Shown here: in pieces, positions 1 through 12,337 of the stretch
Layout: each line of letters opens with the position of its first letter
Numbering within the stretch: position 1 is the stretch's first letter
Assembly: GCF_006345805.1 (NCBI RefSeq)
Contig: NC_043006.1
Span: 13,764,001 to 13,828,000 of the forward strand
Length of the DNA: 64,000 nt
Direction of reading: 5' to 3'
Source: Octopus sinensis
Taxonomy: Eukaryota
The notes under the pieces: model-generated
What the model was told of the DNA's origin: nothing
Database searches by the model: none
Seen by the model: the letters and a program-made list of their open reading frames with translations, nothing else
Made by a program: the position numbers and the translations under genes

Positions 1-31
1 TATTATTATCATTATTATTATTAAAAACCGT

Positions 32-375
32 AAAATTAAAAGAAGAGTGCTATTTTGTTATCTAGTGAACGATATTTCGACATCATGTGTGTTTTCAACT
101 GGTTTAAAAAATAAATTTGTCAATCTACTTCATTTCGGTTAATATAGAAAGGATTGAGGTAACACCTCCTGAAGATATAGAGTCAAAATTAAAAGAAGAG
201 TGCTATTGTTATCTAGTGAACGATATTTCGACATCTTGCGTGTATTCAACTAGTTCAAAAAATAAATTTGTCAATCTACTTCATTTTGGTTAATATAGAA
301 AGGATTGAGGTAACTCCTCCTGAAGGTATAGTGTCAAGATTAAAAGAGTGCCATTGTTATCTAGTGAAGATATTT
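32..375. repeat. Tandem repeat, ~152-bp unit, ~2.3 diverged copies
   Basis: AAAATTAAAAGAAGAGTGCT...GAAGATATAGAGTC recurs at ~32, ~185 and ~336. Confidence 0.85.
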
Positions 376-384
376 CGACATCTT

Positions 385-401
385 GTGTGATTTTTCTTTC
401 A

Positions 402-467
<66 letters not shown>

Positions 468-695
468 TTATCATTATTCAGTAGTTTTATTTTTATAGCG
501 TGCTTTCACTTCACTACCGAGCACAGCTCTGTGTGCCTTGGGTATATGCTGTGATTTGTTGTGATACTCTGAAGGTTACTGTATGGAAAGTGCTCTGCGT
601 AGGATGTGTGCAGTGCCTAGTAGTGCAATTTTCTGTATGTTATATGTGTTTGTAAGTCTTGGTGTTTTTGTTATGTATTTGTCTGAATATCTTTT
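385..695 (-). mobile_element. 3' end of R4/Dong-like LINE (family A) with (AAT)n tail
   Basis: Reverse complement of the 36940-37160 3' end (GCACAGAGC.G.GCTCGGTAGTGAAGTGAAAGCACG); abuts (ATT)n. Confidence 0.85.
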
Positions 696-734
696 TATTA
701 TTATTATCATTATTATTATTATTATTTTCATTAG

Positions 735-790
735 AATCTTTCAATTCTGTTTCCATTTCTTGCCGAATGTCCTCCCGACACCCAGAGAAG
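735..790 (-). mobile_element. Extreme 3' terminus of R4/Dong-like LINE family B
   Basis: Reverse complement matches ~32965-33015 (TCGGGA.GACA.TCGGCAAGAAATGGAA.CA.A.TTGAAAGA); adjacent to (ATT)n at ~695-730. Confidence 0.7.
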
Positions 791-908
791 AGAAGTGCAT
801 CAACACACCAAATTGTCCATTTACAAAGTCATGTGACAGAGAAAAGTGGGAGGAAAGACAGAGAGATAAAATAAAAGATAAACATAACAAAATAAACAAC
901 AAATTAAA

Positions 909-1037
909 CATAGGCAGAGGGGTGGCTCTGTGGTAAGACGCTTGCTTCTCAACCACATGGTTCCGTGCCACCTTGGGCAAGTGTATTCTACTATAGCCTC
1001 GGGCCGACCAAAGTTTTGTGAGTGGATTTGGTATACA

Positions 1038-1071
<34 letters not shown>

Positions 1072-1237
1072 AATGTATGTATGTATGTATGTATGTATGT
1101 GTGTATTTATGTATGTATGTATGTATGTATGTATGTATGTATGTATGTATGTATGTATGTATGCATGTATGTATGTATGTATGTATGCATGTATGTATGT
1201 ATGTATGTATGTATGTATGTATGTATGTATGTATGTG

Positions 1238-1269
<32 letters not shown>

Positions 1270-1545
1270 TGTGTATATGTATGTATGTATGTATGCATGT
1301 ATGTATGCGTGTGTGTGTGTGTGTATATGTTTGTGTGTCTGTGTTTGTCCCCCCAACATCGCTTGACAACCGATGCTGGTGTATTTACGTCCACGTCACT
1401 TAACGGTTCGGCAAAAGAGCCGATAGAATAAGCACTAGGCTTACAAAGAATAAGCTCTGAGCTCGATTTTCTCGACTAAATGCGGTGCTCCAGCATGGCC
1501 ACAGTCAAATGAGTGAAACAAGTAAAAGAATAAAAGAATAAAGAA
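909..1545 (+). mobile_element. tRNA-head SINE family A with expanded internal (TATG)n
   Basis: Head GTGGCTCTGTGGTAAG, then CCTTGGGCAAGTG, internal microsatellite, and 3' half ending GTCAAATGAGTGAAACAAGTAAAAGAATAAAAGAA; >10 copies in the window. Confidence 0.85.
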
Positions 1546-1574
1546 AATAAAGGGGTAAAAGAAAAAGAAAATTC

Positions 1575-3400
1575 GCAGCGACAATGCTCTTCTCAATACG
1601 TGTGACGTACCAGTTAAGACAATCTTTTGCACTTCCTGCACGGTTGGTAAACCAGGGATCATTCTTAAATAATATTCAGTTCCTTTTTGGATCATTCCTA
1701 GTGCTCCTGCAATCACTGGTATTGTAAACCTCTTGAGATGCCATATCTTGTTGATTTCAAAGAGCAAGTCTTTATATTTTCTGAGCTTATCAAATTCTTT
1801 TGCCGAGATGTTACGGTCACAATGTATGCTCATTTCAATCAATAAACAGACTTTATTGTTTTGGCCTTTCACAACAATATCTAGTTTATTTGCTTCTTAC
1901 ATCATTCATGCAGAGGTTTTTGTTCCCACCTATCAGCCAATTGTTCAAATGCTTTGCTATTGATTTAGCATTCTTCGCAACTACATTTGCTGTACTTCCA
2001 GCATGCCATTCAACATGGGTATTATGCATAAGCTCACTTGAAAATATTTTGTTCTCCTTCATAACGGAATGTAGCTTCTTACGTCTTTCATGGTTTTCAA
2101 AAAACTTTAGCATCCAGTCGTTAGATGTTTCAAAATATTTCGCAAGTCCAGTTGTGGTTGTTTGTAGGAAATTTCAAATTGTATGAATCTTCGACTTCCT
2201 TGATCTCTGGGTAGGTAAAGACGATCTGCGTCTGCCTTTGGGTGGTCCATCTTATTGCAATTCAGGAGCTTACAGATTTTCCTGTCAATCTTCCTTATTT
2301 CGCTCATATTCCAGTTCAACACATCGAAACTGTAAATAACAAACGGAAGTCCTTAGGAATTTATAGCGAAAACCTTGTTACGTGCATATAACTCGGGTTT
2401 TAGGACTGCTCGAACCCTCCTGTAATACACCTTCTTGATCTTCTCCTTCATAGTTGCATGCTGAATGCCAGAGCCTTCATTTATTCCGAGGTATTTGTAA
2501 GTTTGTTCCCGCTCGAGTTCTGTTATGACTGTGTCAACTTCCAGCACCACTAAATGTGAGGTCTTCAATTTCCCTTTTTGGACAGTGGCCTTTGCACATT
2601 TATCAAGACGAAATTCCATCCTGATGTCATCACAGAATGCTTTCCCTGTACGTAGTATTCCTTCAAACTCATTATCGTCTTTGCTATAGAGTTTTAAGTC
2701 ATGCATATAAAATAGATGACTTATTTTCTTGTCGCCAATTTTATATCCATGCCTTTTCTGTTAAGATCACTTGTAAGGAGTATTAGGGCTATGCGAAAAT
2801 AAAAAGTGAAAGTGAGTCACCTCGGGAAATACCGCTGTTGATATTAATATTTTTTGTGGTCAATACTCTATTAGAGTGATATAGTTGGAGATTCGTATTA
2901 CACATTGACATGTGCTTCAGGAAATCTGAAATGACAGGAGAAATTTTGAAGATATCCAGCGATTCCAAGCTCCATGAATGCGGTAAGCTTTCGAAGGCTT
3001 TTTAAATTAATCCATGCAGCACTAAGATTTTTGCGTTTGTTATGAAGTTCTCAAGGATCATGCGATTGATTAAGACTTGGTGTTTCCATCCATAGGAGCC
3101 TCGTTGGCATCCCTTTCTTTCAGTGGGTAAAATATTGTGCGGTTCCATAAACTTACATGTTTTCTCCACGAAGATGGACGTTCACATTTTATATGAGGTA
3201 TATAGACATATTATGGGTCGATAGTTTTGGGAGATTTGATTTAATTATTCTTCGGGAGTAGGTAAGTAATACTTATTGCTAACCAATCAGGTGTTTTCCT
3301 AGGATTCCACATGTTTTACATTTCAATTTCTAGTCATTATATTAACATAGTTTGTCAAATTCCTTGACAGATATGTTTTTTATCAGTAGGAACTCTTACA
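1575..3400 (-). mobile_element. Decayed R4/Dong-like LINE (family B), RT to RLE region
   Basis: Minus-strand fragments MHDLKLYSK, LDKCAK, YKYLG, HPKADADRLYLPR, LLIEMSIHCDRNISAKEFDKLRKYKDL; many frameshifts. Confidence 0.85.
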
Positions 3401-3679
3401 ACTATACATCTACGAGTATTCTATTCCCTGTCTTTAATAATTAGGTCTGTTCGAATAGCCTGGGTCGTTTTGTCAGTGTTGACTGGAAAATCCCAGTGGA
3501 TAGTCACATTTTTACCTTCAACATCTGGCTCACGATGATGCTCGTACCCAGTTAGCAGGAGTGCTAATTCGGTAGTGTTTACACATTTTCCAATGTAAAT
3601 ACTGTCCTAACCTCTAGTTGGCGATTTTTGTATTTATTTGGTGTCAGCACAGGACATATCTCCTCTTATTAACCTATAC

Positions 3680-3767
3680 ATATATTACACACACACGCAC
3701 ACACACAAACACACACAGACACACATATACACACAAATATATATATATATATATACACACATACATA

Positions 3768-3813
<46 letters not shown>

Positions 3814-4015
3814 CATACACACATACACACACATACTTACATACATACATGCATACATACGCACATACATACATACATACATACATACATACATACACAC
3901 ACACATACATACATACATACACACATACATACATACATGCATACATACGCACATACATACATACATGCATACATACGCACATGCATACATACATACATAC
4001 ATACATATGCACACG
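3680..4015. repeat. Compound (CA)/(TA)/(TACA)n microsatellite
   Basis: Direct reading. Confidence 0.95.
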
Positions 4016-5400
4016 CTCGCATGCGCTCTGTAACGTTTTTTACTGTTGAATCACGAAGAAAGGGCAGTGAACACGTGAACACGAACACATTCCCATGACT
4101 TCTGAGAGTACTTGGTGGGGTAGGAATTTATCCTCAAGCCGAGATTTTATCACTCTCGACGGACAGATTCCCAATCAAGGTTACCTGTTGCAATATCAAA
4201 AAAAGAAAAAAAAAAGAAAAAAATGAAAATTCCAGAAGCTCAAAAAAATCTCACTAAGGATTCTTCCAAGAGTGATTTTATTTTTATTTCACTTCAGTTC
4301 TGAGTTGGATACATCCAGGATAAACTAAATATGGTTTCTTCTTAAATTACTGAACTGCTTGTATATGTGGTTGTCTTTTATTTATCTTTTTCTTAAAAAT
4401 AATTCTTGACATATTTTTGAGGAAAAAGATTATGCATAATATGGATACAATACCACGAATTTATCTACGTGACCTAAATACTGCTGATATATACAAAACA
4501 AAATAAGTATTAAAATATCTACGTGAAGGGGAGATATCTGGATAAATTTCTACACCCTCCATTATCTAAAATCTTTTCCGCGATTCCAGTCGTATATTGC
4601 CCTGAAATCTTTTCTGAAAGCAACGTAAAGAAAATCTAAATATGTCTGTGCTGATTAGAGATCAACTCAATGGAGAATTGATTTATAATCTGTCTTTTTA
4701 AATGAAAGTCACTTGATGCAGAACTATGCAGCTTGGCAGGTAGATGGCGGAGTAAACGGAAAGGAATTTAGAGAGGAGAGAAATATTTCGTGCAAAATGT
4801 AGAATACACAGACACATAGACACGCAAACATACATCCATACACACACGTACAAAAATATGTGTTCTTGTGTGTGTGTTAAATATATACTTTATAAAGGAA
4901 CAATAATTTGCGTGCAGGGAAATTATAGTATATTTGCAAATATTTATTGAAGAGTGGAAATACATAAAACACAGCTCTATTTCCTTGTCTTTTCTTTTCC
5001 TTTTCTTTTCTTTCTTTTTCTTTTCTCTTTTATTTTTCGTTTTCTACACTAAACAAGTAAATCACGTTTCCATATTCTGTACGGTTGAGTTGAATGCCGA
5101 AAATCTTTGAATATATTTTATTAAATGGTTGTTCCGTTCCCTACTCTCCAACAAACAATGGAATGTATATTGCTCTCTTTAATAATTATCAATAACACAC
5201 ACACACACACATATGTATGTATGTATGTATGCATATGTGTATGTATGTATGTATTCATGTATGTATGTATGTATGCATGTATGTATGTATGTATGTATGT
5301 ATGTATGTGGTGTATGTATGTATGGTAGTATGTATGTATATATATACTATATATATATATATATAATATATATATATATATATTATATATATATATATAT

Positions 5401-5580
5401 AGGAGTGCTGTGTGGTAATTAGCTTGCTTACAGCAACATGGTTCCGGGTTCAGTCGGGCAAGTGTCTTCTACTCTAGCTCGGGCCGACCAAAGTCTTGTG
5501 AGTGGATTTGGATTTGGTAGGCAGATTTAAAGAAGCCCGTCGTATACATATATATATATTATATATATATATATATATAA

Positions 5581-5647
<67 letters not shown>

Positions 5648-5838
5648 AGCCCCCACCAACGTTTGACAACCGATGTTGGTGTGTTTACGTCTTTGTAACG
5701 TAGCGGTTCGGCAAAAGAGGCCGATAGAATAAGTAGTAGGCTTACAAAGAATAGGTTCCGGAGTCGATTTGTTCGACTAAAGGAGGTGCTCCTGCATGGG
5801 CACAGCCAAATGACTAAAAAGAATAAAAGAATAAAAGA
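5401..5838 (+). mobile_element. SINE family A
   Basis: A-box-like GTGTGGTAAT, B-box-like GGGTTCAGTC, internal (TA)n(TG)n, conserved 3' half. Confidence 0.85.
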
Positions 5839-6291
5839 AGATATATAGTGTATGTATGCACACTTCTGTAAGTGTAAAATATTCAACTTGTATAAGTACC
5901 TCTATAAATATAAATACCCGTTTCACGCGCTTTTAAGATAACGATCAGTGTAACACTTATAACGTATCTACAAATATGATCTGGCGCTAGATGTACCATT
6001 CTGCTTTAAAGAAACCTTACAAAGGGACGTGTGTTAATCAAATACGATATTCACTAAAAATCCATTGATTTAACGGAAAGAATATTTTGATTCTCTCTGA
6101 ATACCAGTGGCGTTCATCAATGAGGAAAGTCCATATCTCAGAAGTACGTATCTCAATATATCACTATCTGGAGATCCGTTTCTCACGTCTTGGGCAAACT
6201 GGTTTTTAACACATAAATGTCTTTAAGAATTTTTACTGGGACGAAATATTAAAGCCAGCCTTGTTCTGTCTGTATTTACATTGTGAATGTT

Positions 6292-6910
6292 GCGAAGAAG
6301 TGCAAAAAAGCACTCCTGACGTTGGGTAATCTTTATATATAAAAGAGAGGTTGTGTGCTGTCTGTCTCCTACGATTTAGATTCCTAACTACTCCCACATT
6401 TTGCGGTGCATTTTAACCAAAACCGGGTATCCTATAGTCGTGATTCATATCGAGCCCTTCTGTGTATTAGCGCGCGTCTACAATGAGTCTACGATTAAAA
6501 AAAAAATTACCATCAATTTTTCCCATTTTTAATGCATTTTTGGCATATATAAGGGAAGTAGCTCTCTAAAAATTTATTATTAAATCTCAGAACGTAAAAA
6601 GCTACAGTAACACCCCCCCCTTTGTGGTTAGCCATATTGAGATGGCTATTATACTTTACATCTCTAAATATGCTTATATAGTTATTTCCCTTACAAACCC
6701 GAGCAACGCCGGGCGATACTGCGAGTAGAAAATAGCAGAGGATCAGTCAATTATGATTTTATTCAGCATATTCCCCTCTCAGATTCACACTTTTATTGCA
6801 GCGCCTTTCAGTTTTTTTCTAAGTCATGTAAAAGAACTCGGAAGGCTGAGTCTCCAACCAAGCCTTTCATGATACCCCCAAAGCCAGAAGCCTTTAAAAC
6901 ACCTTCGTAT
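6292..6910. mobile_element. Possible decayed mariner-type MITE interrupted by a Helitron
   Basis: Imperfect terminal inverted similarity (GCGAAGAAGTGC..CTCCTGACGTTGGGTA vs reverse complement TACGAAGGTGT..CTTCTGGCTTTGGGGGTA); family resemblance is from recall. Confidence 0.4.
6330..6725 (+). mobile_element. Non-autonomous Helitron (~400 bp)
   Basis: 5' A|TC, subterminal hairpin CCCGAGCAACGCCGGG, 3' end CGAG|T (CTAG in other copies), no TSD; 4 copies in the window. Confidence 0.85.
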
Positions 6911-7016
6911 ATACATTGTGTTGTATCGCACGTTTGAAGTTCGGTATAACAGGATAATAAATAACGTCCTCACAAATCGTTCTGCTCAAGACACACAATA
7001 CTTGTAATTACACTCA

Positions 7017-7333
7017 TTCCCAGACCGGGCGCTGTGAGTGTTTATTGAGCGAAAACACCTAAAAAGCTCCACGAGGCTCCGGCAGGGGATGGTGGTGATC
7101 CCTGCTGTACTCTTTCACCACAACTTTCTCTCACTCTTACTTCCTGTTTCTGTTGTACAAAGGGCCGGCCTTGTCACTCTCTGTGTCACGCTGAATATCA
7201 CCGAGAACTAGTGTTAAGGGTGCACGTGTCTGTGGAGTGCTCAGCCACTTACACGTTAATTTCACAAGCAGGCTGTTCCGTTGATTCGGATCAACCGGAA
7301 CCCTCGTCGTCGTAACCGACGGAGTGCTTCCAA
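7017..7333 (+). mobile_element. SINE family C, 5'-truncated
   Basis: Near-identical inverted copy at 56268-56645, which retains a tRNA-like head. Confidence 0.8.
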
Positions 7334-7422
7334 TTACACTCAACAATACGCAACTCTCGGCTTTACATCTCCCCGACATTCTCCCACACTGTCTGTGCAT
7401 GTCCATTATATTGTGGCACAAT

Positions 7423-7655
7423 AAAGCGGCGAGCTGGCAGAAACGTTAGCACGCCGGGCGAAATGCGTAGCCGTATTTCGTCTGCCATTACGTTCTGAGT
7501 TCAAATTCCACCGAGATCGGCTTTGCCTTTCATCCTTTCGGGGTCAATAAATTAAGTACCAGTTACGCACTGGGGTTGATATAATCGACTTAATCCGTTT
7601 GTCTGTCCTTGTTTGTCCCCTCTGTGTTTAGCCCCTTGTGGGTAGTAAAGAAATA
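7423..7655 (+). mobile_element. SINE family B, full length with 12-bp TSD
   Basis: Head GGCGAGCTGGCAGAAACGTTAGC, B-box GAGTTCAAATTCC; TSD TATATTGTGGCA at 7407-7418 and 7656-7667. Confidence 0.9.
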
Positions 7656-8027
7656 TATATTGTGGCAGAATTCATTGGGAACCAACCAGATAGGGGTGTT
7701 CTACTTCCACACAACACATTGTTATTTAATCTAATGCCGCTTCAAGTGCATATTGATTTAATTTCGCATATTAGTTTTTTTTTTCTCTTCTTACAAGTAA
7801 ATCATTCTGTATAAAGAGCTATTAAATAAACTGAATTTTTAGCAAACGCAGGCAATAAAAACATTTTAATAACGGTAGAATGAGAAAGAGGCATGAAATG
7901 GAACCCTTTGCTCAAGAACATTAATGCGCCGCACCACCTGATCCGGGAATTGATCTCCAATCTTCTGATCATGAACAAGAAACGCTAACCACCAAGCGAC
8001 TTGCTTCGCCGTCACATACACATTACC

Positions 8028-8436
8028 TGTTTCTTTATTACCCACAAGGGGCTAAACATAGAGGGGACAAACAAGGACAGACAAACGGATTAAGTCGATT
8101 AAATCGACCCCAGTGCGTAACTGGTACTTAATTTATCGACCCCGAAAGGATGAGAGGCAAAGTCGACCTCGGCGGAATTTGAACACAGAACATAACGGCG
8201 GACGAAATATCTATATCTTTACTACCCACAAGGGGCTAAACACAGAGGGGCCAAACAAGGACAGACAAACGGATTAAGTCGATTAAATCGACCCCTGTGC
8301 GTAATTGGCACTTAATTTATCGACCCCGAAAGGATGAAAGGCAAAGTCGACCTCGGCGGAATTTGAACGCAGAACGTAACGGCAGACGATATACGACTAC
8401 GCATTTCGCCAGGCGTGCTAACGGTTCTGCCAGTTC
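8028..8436 (-). mobile_element. SINE family B tandem dimer
   Basis: 184-bp 5'-truncated unit (8028-8211) plus a head-containing unit. Confidence 0.85.
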
Positions 8437-8919
8437 ACATTATATCATATAATAGAATAAAAAACCACATGAAATATACTTCATAGCGCCATAAATAAGT
8501 CGCGCTGACTACCTTTCAAGATTACAATTGCTGCTACTTCACGTATTATATTTGAAAGTTCACTTTTGTTCTTGCTATTCTACTGTCCTTATTAACATAA
8601 TAAACAAATACTTTTTATTATTATTTCATCTTTTTCACATATATTCCACCTTCATATATACTCCTCTTGCTTTTAGCGGTTACACAAAATATTTTTCTGC
8701 ATTGTGTTTCTCAAATACAAAGTAGGTCTCCGCTGTACTAAAGTGTCTTACTTCTTTTGTCATTTTAAAAAAATTTCTACGCAATATTAAAACAATGGTA
8801 TGTTTTGTTCTAGAAGTAGAAAATGTGTTTTTGCAGAAAAGGGGAGGGGAAAATCAGAGGTGACTGTTCTTTTAAGTCAATGACAAATGCAATCCGTATA
8901 ACATACATACACACACACA

Positions 8920-8920
8920 A

Positions 8921-8969
<49 letters not shown>

Positions 8970-8994
8970 AAGACAGATAGATAGATAGATAGAT

Positions 8995-9071
<77 letters not shown>

Positions 9072-9128
9072 TATAGATAGATAGATAGATTGACAGATAG
9101 ATAGATAGATAGATAGATCGATAGATAA

Positions 9129-9205
<77 letters not shown>
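8920..9205. repeat. (GATA)n/(GACA)n microsatellite
   Basis: Direct reading. Confidence 0.95.
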
Positions 9206-9206
<1 letters not shown>

Positions 9207-9438
9207 TAAGTTGGACTAAAATTTTTCAAGGTGATGGCCCATCATGGCCGCAGTCAAATGACTGAAACAAGCAGAGAGCATTTTCTTTTGCCTACAACGA
9301 AAGTGTGTTATTGCCTCGGAGATTTTATGGTAGTAGAAAACACATTAGCTACTATCTCTAATTCAGTACGTGGCGAAGCACTTAGCTGACCCCTAATTAT
9401 AATTATGCATATAATTATAGATTATTTTGTGTATATCT

Positions 9439-9472
<34 letters not shown>

Positions 9473-9875
9473 AGATACATGCATATACCCATAAATATAT
9501 AAATACATATACACACATATGCGTATATATACATAACTATGTGTGTATTTATGTGTATATATATATATGTATAATTTACAAGTATATATATCTTTTTCTT
9601 TTATTTGTTTCTGTCTCTAGACTGCACCCATGCTGGGTCATCGTCTTGGAAAATTTTAGTCGAACTAATCGACCTCAGTATTCTTATATCTCTAATTTAT
9701 TCTACCGGTCTCACTTACCGAACTGCAACACTACGAAGAAGCAGACTCACCAACACCGGTTGTCCATTGGTGGTGGGAGACAAACACAGACACAAAGGCA
9801 CACGCGAACACGCACGCATAAATCTATATACATATACATATATATGTATATATGTATACGTATACATATATATAC

Positions 9876-9907
<32 letters not shown>

Positions 9908-9910
9908 ATA

Positions 9911-9941
<31 letters not shown>

Positions 9942-10029
9942 TATATATTATATATATATATATATTATATATATATATTATATCTATAATATATATATAT
10001 AATATATATTTATATATATTTATATTTTA

Positions 10030-10114
<85 letters not shown>

Positions 10115-10208
10115 TATATACTTTGATACTTTGATAGGTTTCGGCCATTATTGACCCAGCCATGTCTACCTTAATAGCACCACCTGGTTATATATATATA
10201 TATATATT

Positions 10209-10968
10209 TGTTGGCTCCTCTCCTGCAACTCTACTTGATTTCGAGCCGGGTCGTCTGCTGCTAGAGAAAACCGACCAAATAAGGGACCTGGGTATCTTGG
10301 TGGATTCTTCCATTTCGCCTTCGGCCCAGTGCGTCCATGCTGCCAACAAAGCACGCGGTGTTCTGTTTTTGATTCTACGGTCATTCAGAATGCTCACAGC
10401 AGCCATATTCCTACCGCTCTATGTCACGCTGGTGAGACCCATATTGGAGTACGGGATTCAAGTCTCTTCTCCTTATCTCCTCAAAGACATACATCATCTC
10501 GAAAGAGTCCAGAAGCTGGCTACCCGCATGGTTCTTGGTCTCAAGCATTTGTCTTATGAAGAAAGGCTGAAGACGCTCGACCTTTATTCTCTAGAAATAC
10601 GACGACGCCGTGGTGATCTCATTCTTGCCCACAACATCATAAGCGGAAAGTGTAACCTCTCGAAAGAGCTGTTCTTCACTCCTGCTCCAGAGCGTGGGCT
10701 GCGGGGTCACTCTAAAAAGCTCTATCTGCGACGATTTCATCTCAATCGAAGGAGAGGGGCTTTCTCCGTCCGGGTTGCGGATCCGTGGAATAAGCTGCCG
10801 GACGAGATAGTGAAGATGCCGACGACCGCTCGGTTCAAAGTCTCTCTTGACCAGAAATGGCCTGAACTCTTTGCATTAACACCACCCTGTACATAACTCC
10901 ATGTCCCCCTACATAGCCTTGCTTTTACTTTTTTTTGAGCCAATAAAAATTGAACTGAATTGAATTGA
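10209..10968 (+). mobile_element. CR1-clade LINE 3' fragment (RT thumb/C-terminus)
   Basis: ORF 10162-10896: RDLGILVD, LYVTLVRPILEY, LERVQKLATRM, YEERLKTLDLYSLE.RRRRGDLI, RGHSKKL, WNKLP; (TGAAT)n tail; flanked by (TA)n. Confidence 0.9.
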
Positions 10969-10981
10969 ATATATATATATA

Positions 10982-11098
<117 letters not shown>

Positions 11099-11129
11099 CA
11101 TACTACATATTATATATATATAATATATA

Positions 11130-11166
<37 letters not shown>

Positions 11167-11463
11167 GTATGTTGTGCATTATACAATAGAATGTGCAAAT
11201 CTTTCGCTAGGATCAGCAGTCATTCAAGGGCCTCACGTTGTATCAGTGATTCTTTTTTTGATCGTATACTAGAAGCCAGCTACTCTGTATGTATATACGA
11301 AAGGCTTCTTGTTTTTTCCGTCTGCCAAATCCATTCACAGTAATTTAGTCGGCCAGAGCCTATAGTAGAAGACACTTGCCCAAAGTGACATGCACTATAT
11401 ATATACATATACACACACACACACATATATATATATAATATATATATATATTATAGAGAGAGA

Positions 11464-11494
<31 letters not shown>

Positions 11495-11552
11495 TACAAA
11501 CATAAATACGTACATACATATATGTATATATAATATTTATATATGTATATAT

Positions 11553-11607
<55 letters not shown>

Positions 11608-11635
11608 GAGAAAGAAGCAACAAGAATGGATTAGT

Positions 11636-11726
11636 TTTTAGTACAATTGTTTCATACAAAGACAGGCTTTATTAAAAGTTGCAAATATTGCAGCAGATAA
11701 AAGTGTCCCGTACTCATCAGCTAAAA
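11636..11726 (-). ncRNA. Type-I hammerhead ribozyme fold with long helix II
   Basis: UUUUAG-CUGAUGA-GUAC..(52 nt)..GUAU-GAAAC-AAUU-GUA-CUAAAA; all core nucleotides and three helices present. Confidence 0.75.
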
Positions 11727-12073
11727 CACATATGAGTTCTCCAAACATCTTAGTGGGTGAGGTTACACTCATGAAGTATTGGAGATAATTTCATTAAAAG
11801 CAGATTCAGGTTGTAAACAGATTTCCGAAGTTCCTTAATGATGATGCACAGTCTTATCACACGTTTTAAAAAAGCTTATTAGCTTCACAGAGAAGGTGAA
11901 TTAATCCGTAGTGTAGCTGTAAATTTCCAGAGATATGAGGAGGTGTTTCATACTCACAGACGATGAATTTATCCAAGGTTAATCCACAATGAGGTGAGTA
12001 TAATTTCATGCTATATTATAAGGTATTTGCTACATTACTGTTCTCTTCACAAGACTGCTATGTTATGACTTCT

Positions 12074-12337
12074 AAAGAAAGGAAAGAGAAGAAATGAAAC
12101 AAGGAAAAAGGAAAAAAAGAAAAAAGAAAAAAGAAAAAAAGAAAAAAGAAAGAAGAAAAAAGGGGAGAAGAAAAGAAAAAAGAAAAAGAAAAGAAAAAAG
12201 AAAGAGAAAAGAAAGGAAAGAGAAGAAACAAGGAAAAAGGAAAAAAAGAAAAAAGAAAAAAGAAAAAGAAAAGAGAAAAAAGAAAAAAGGGGAGAAGAAA
12301 AGAAAAAAGAAAAAGAAAAAAGGGAAAAAAGAAAAAA
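12074..12337. repeat. Near-pure purine (A/G) low-complexity tract with internal duplication
   Basis: AAAGGAAAGAGAAGAAA..CAAGGAAAAAGG occurs twice. Confidence 0.9.

Noticed and set aside
10121-10195. GGCCGAAAC motif upstream of the CR1 fragment
   Set aside because: No CUGANGA-like core at the required position.
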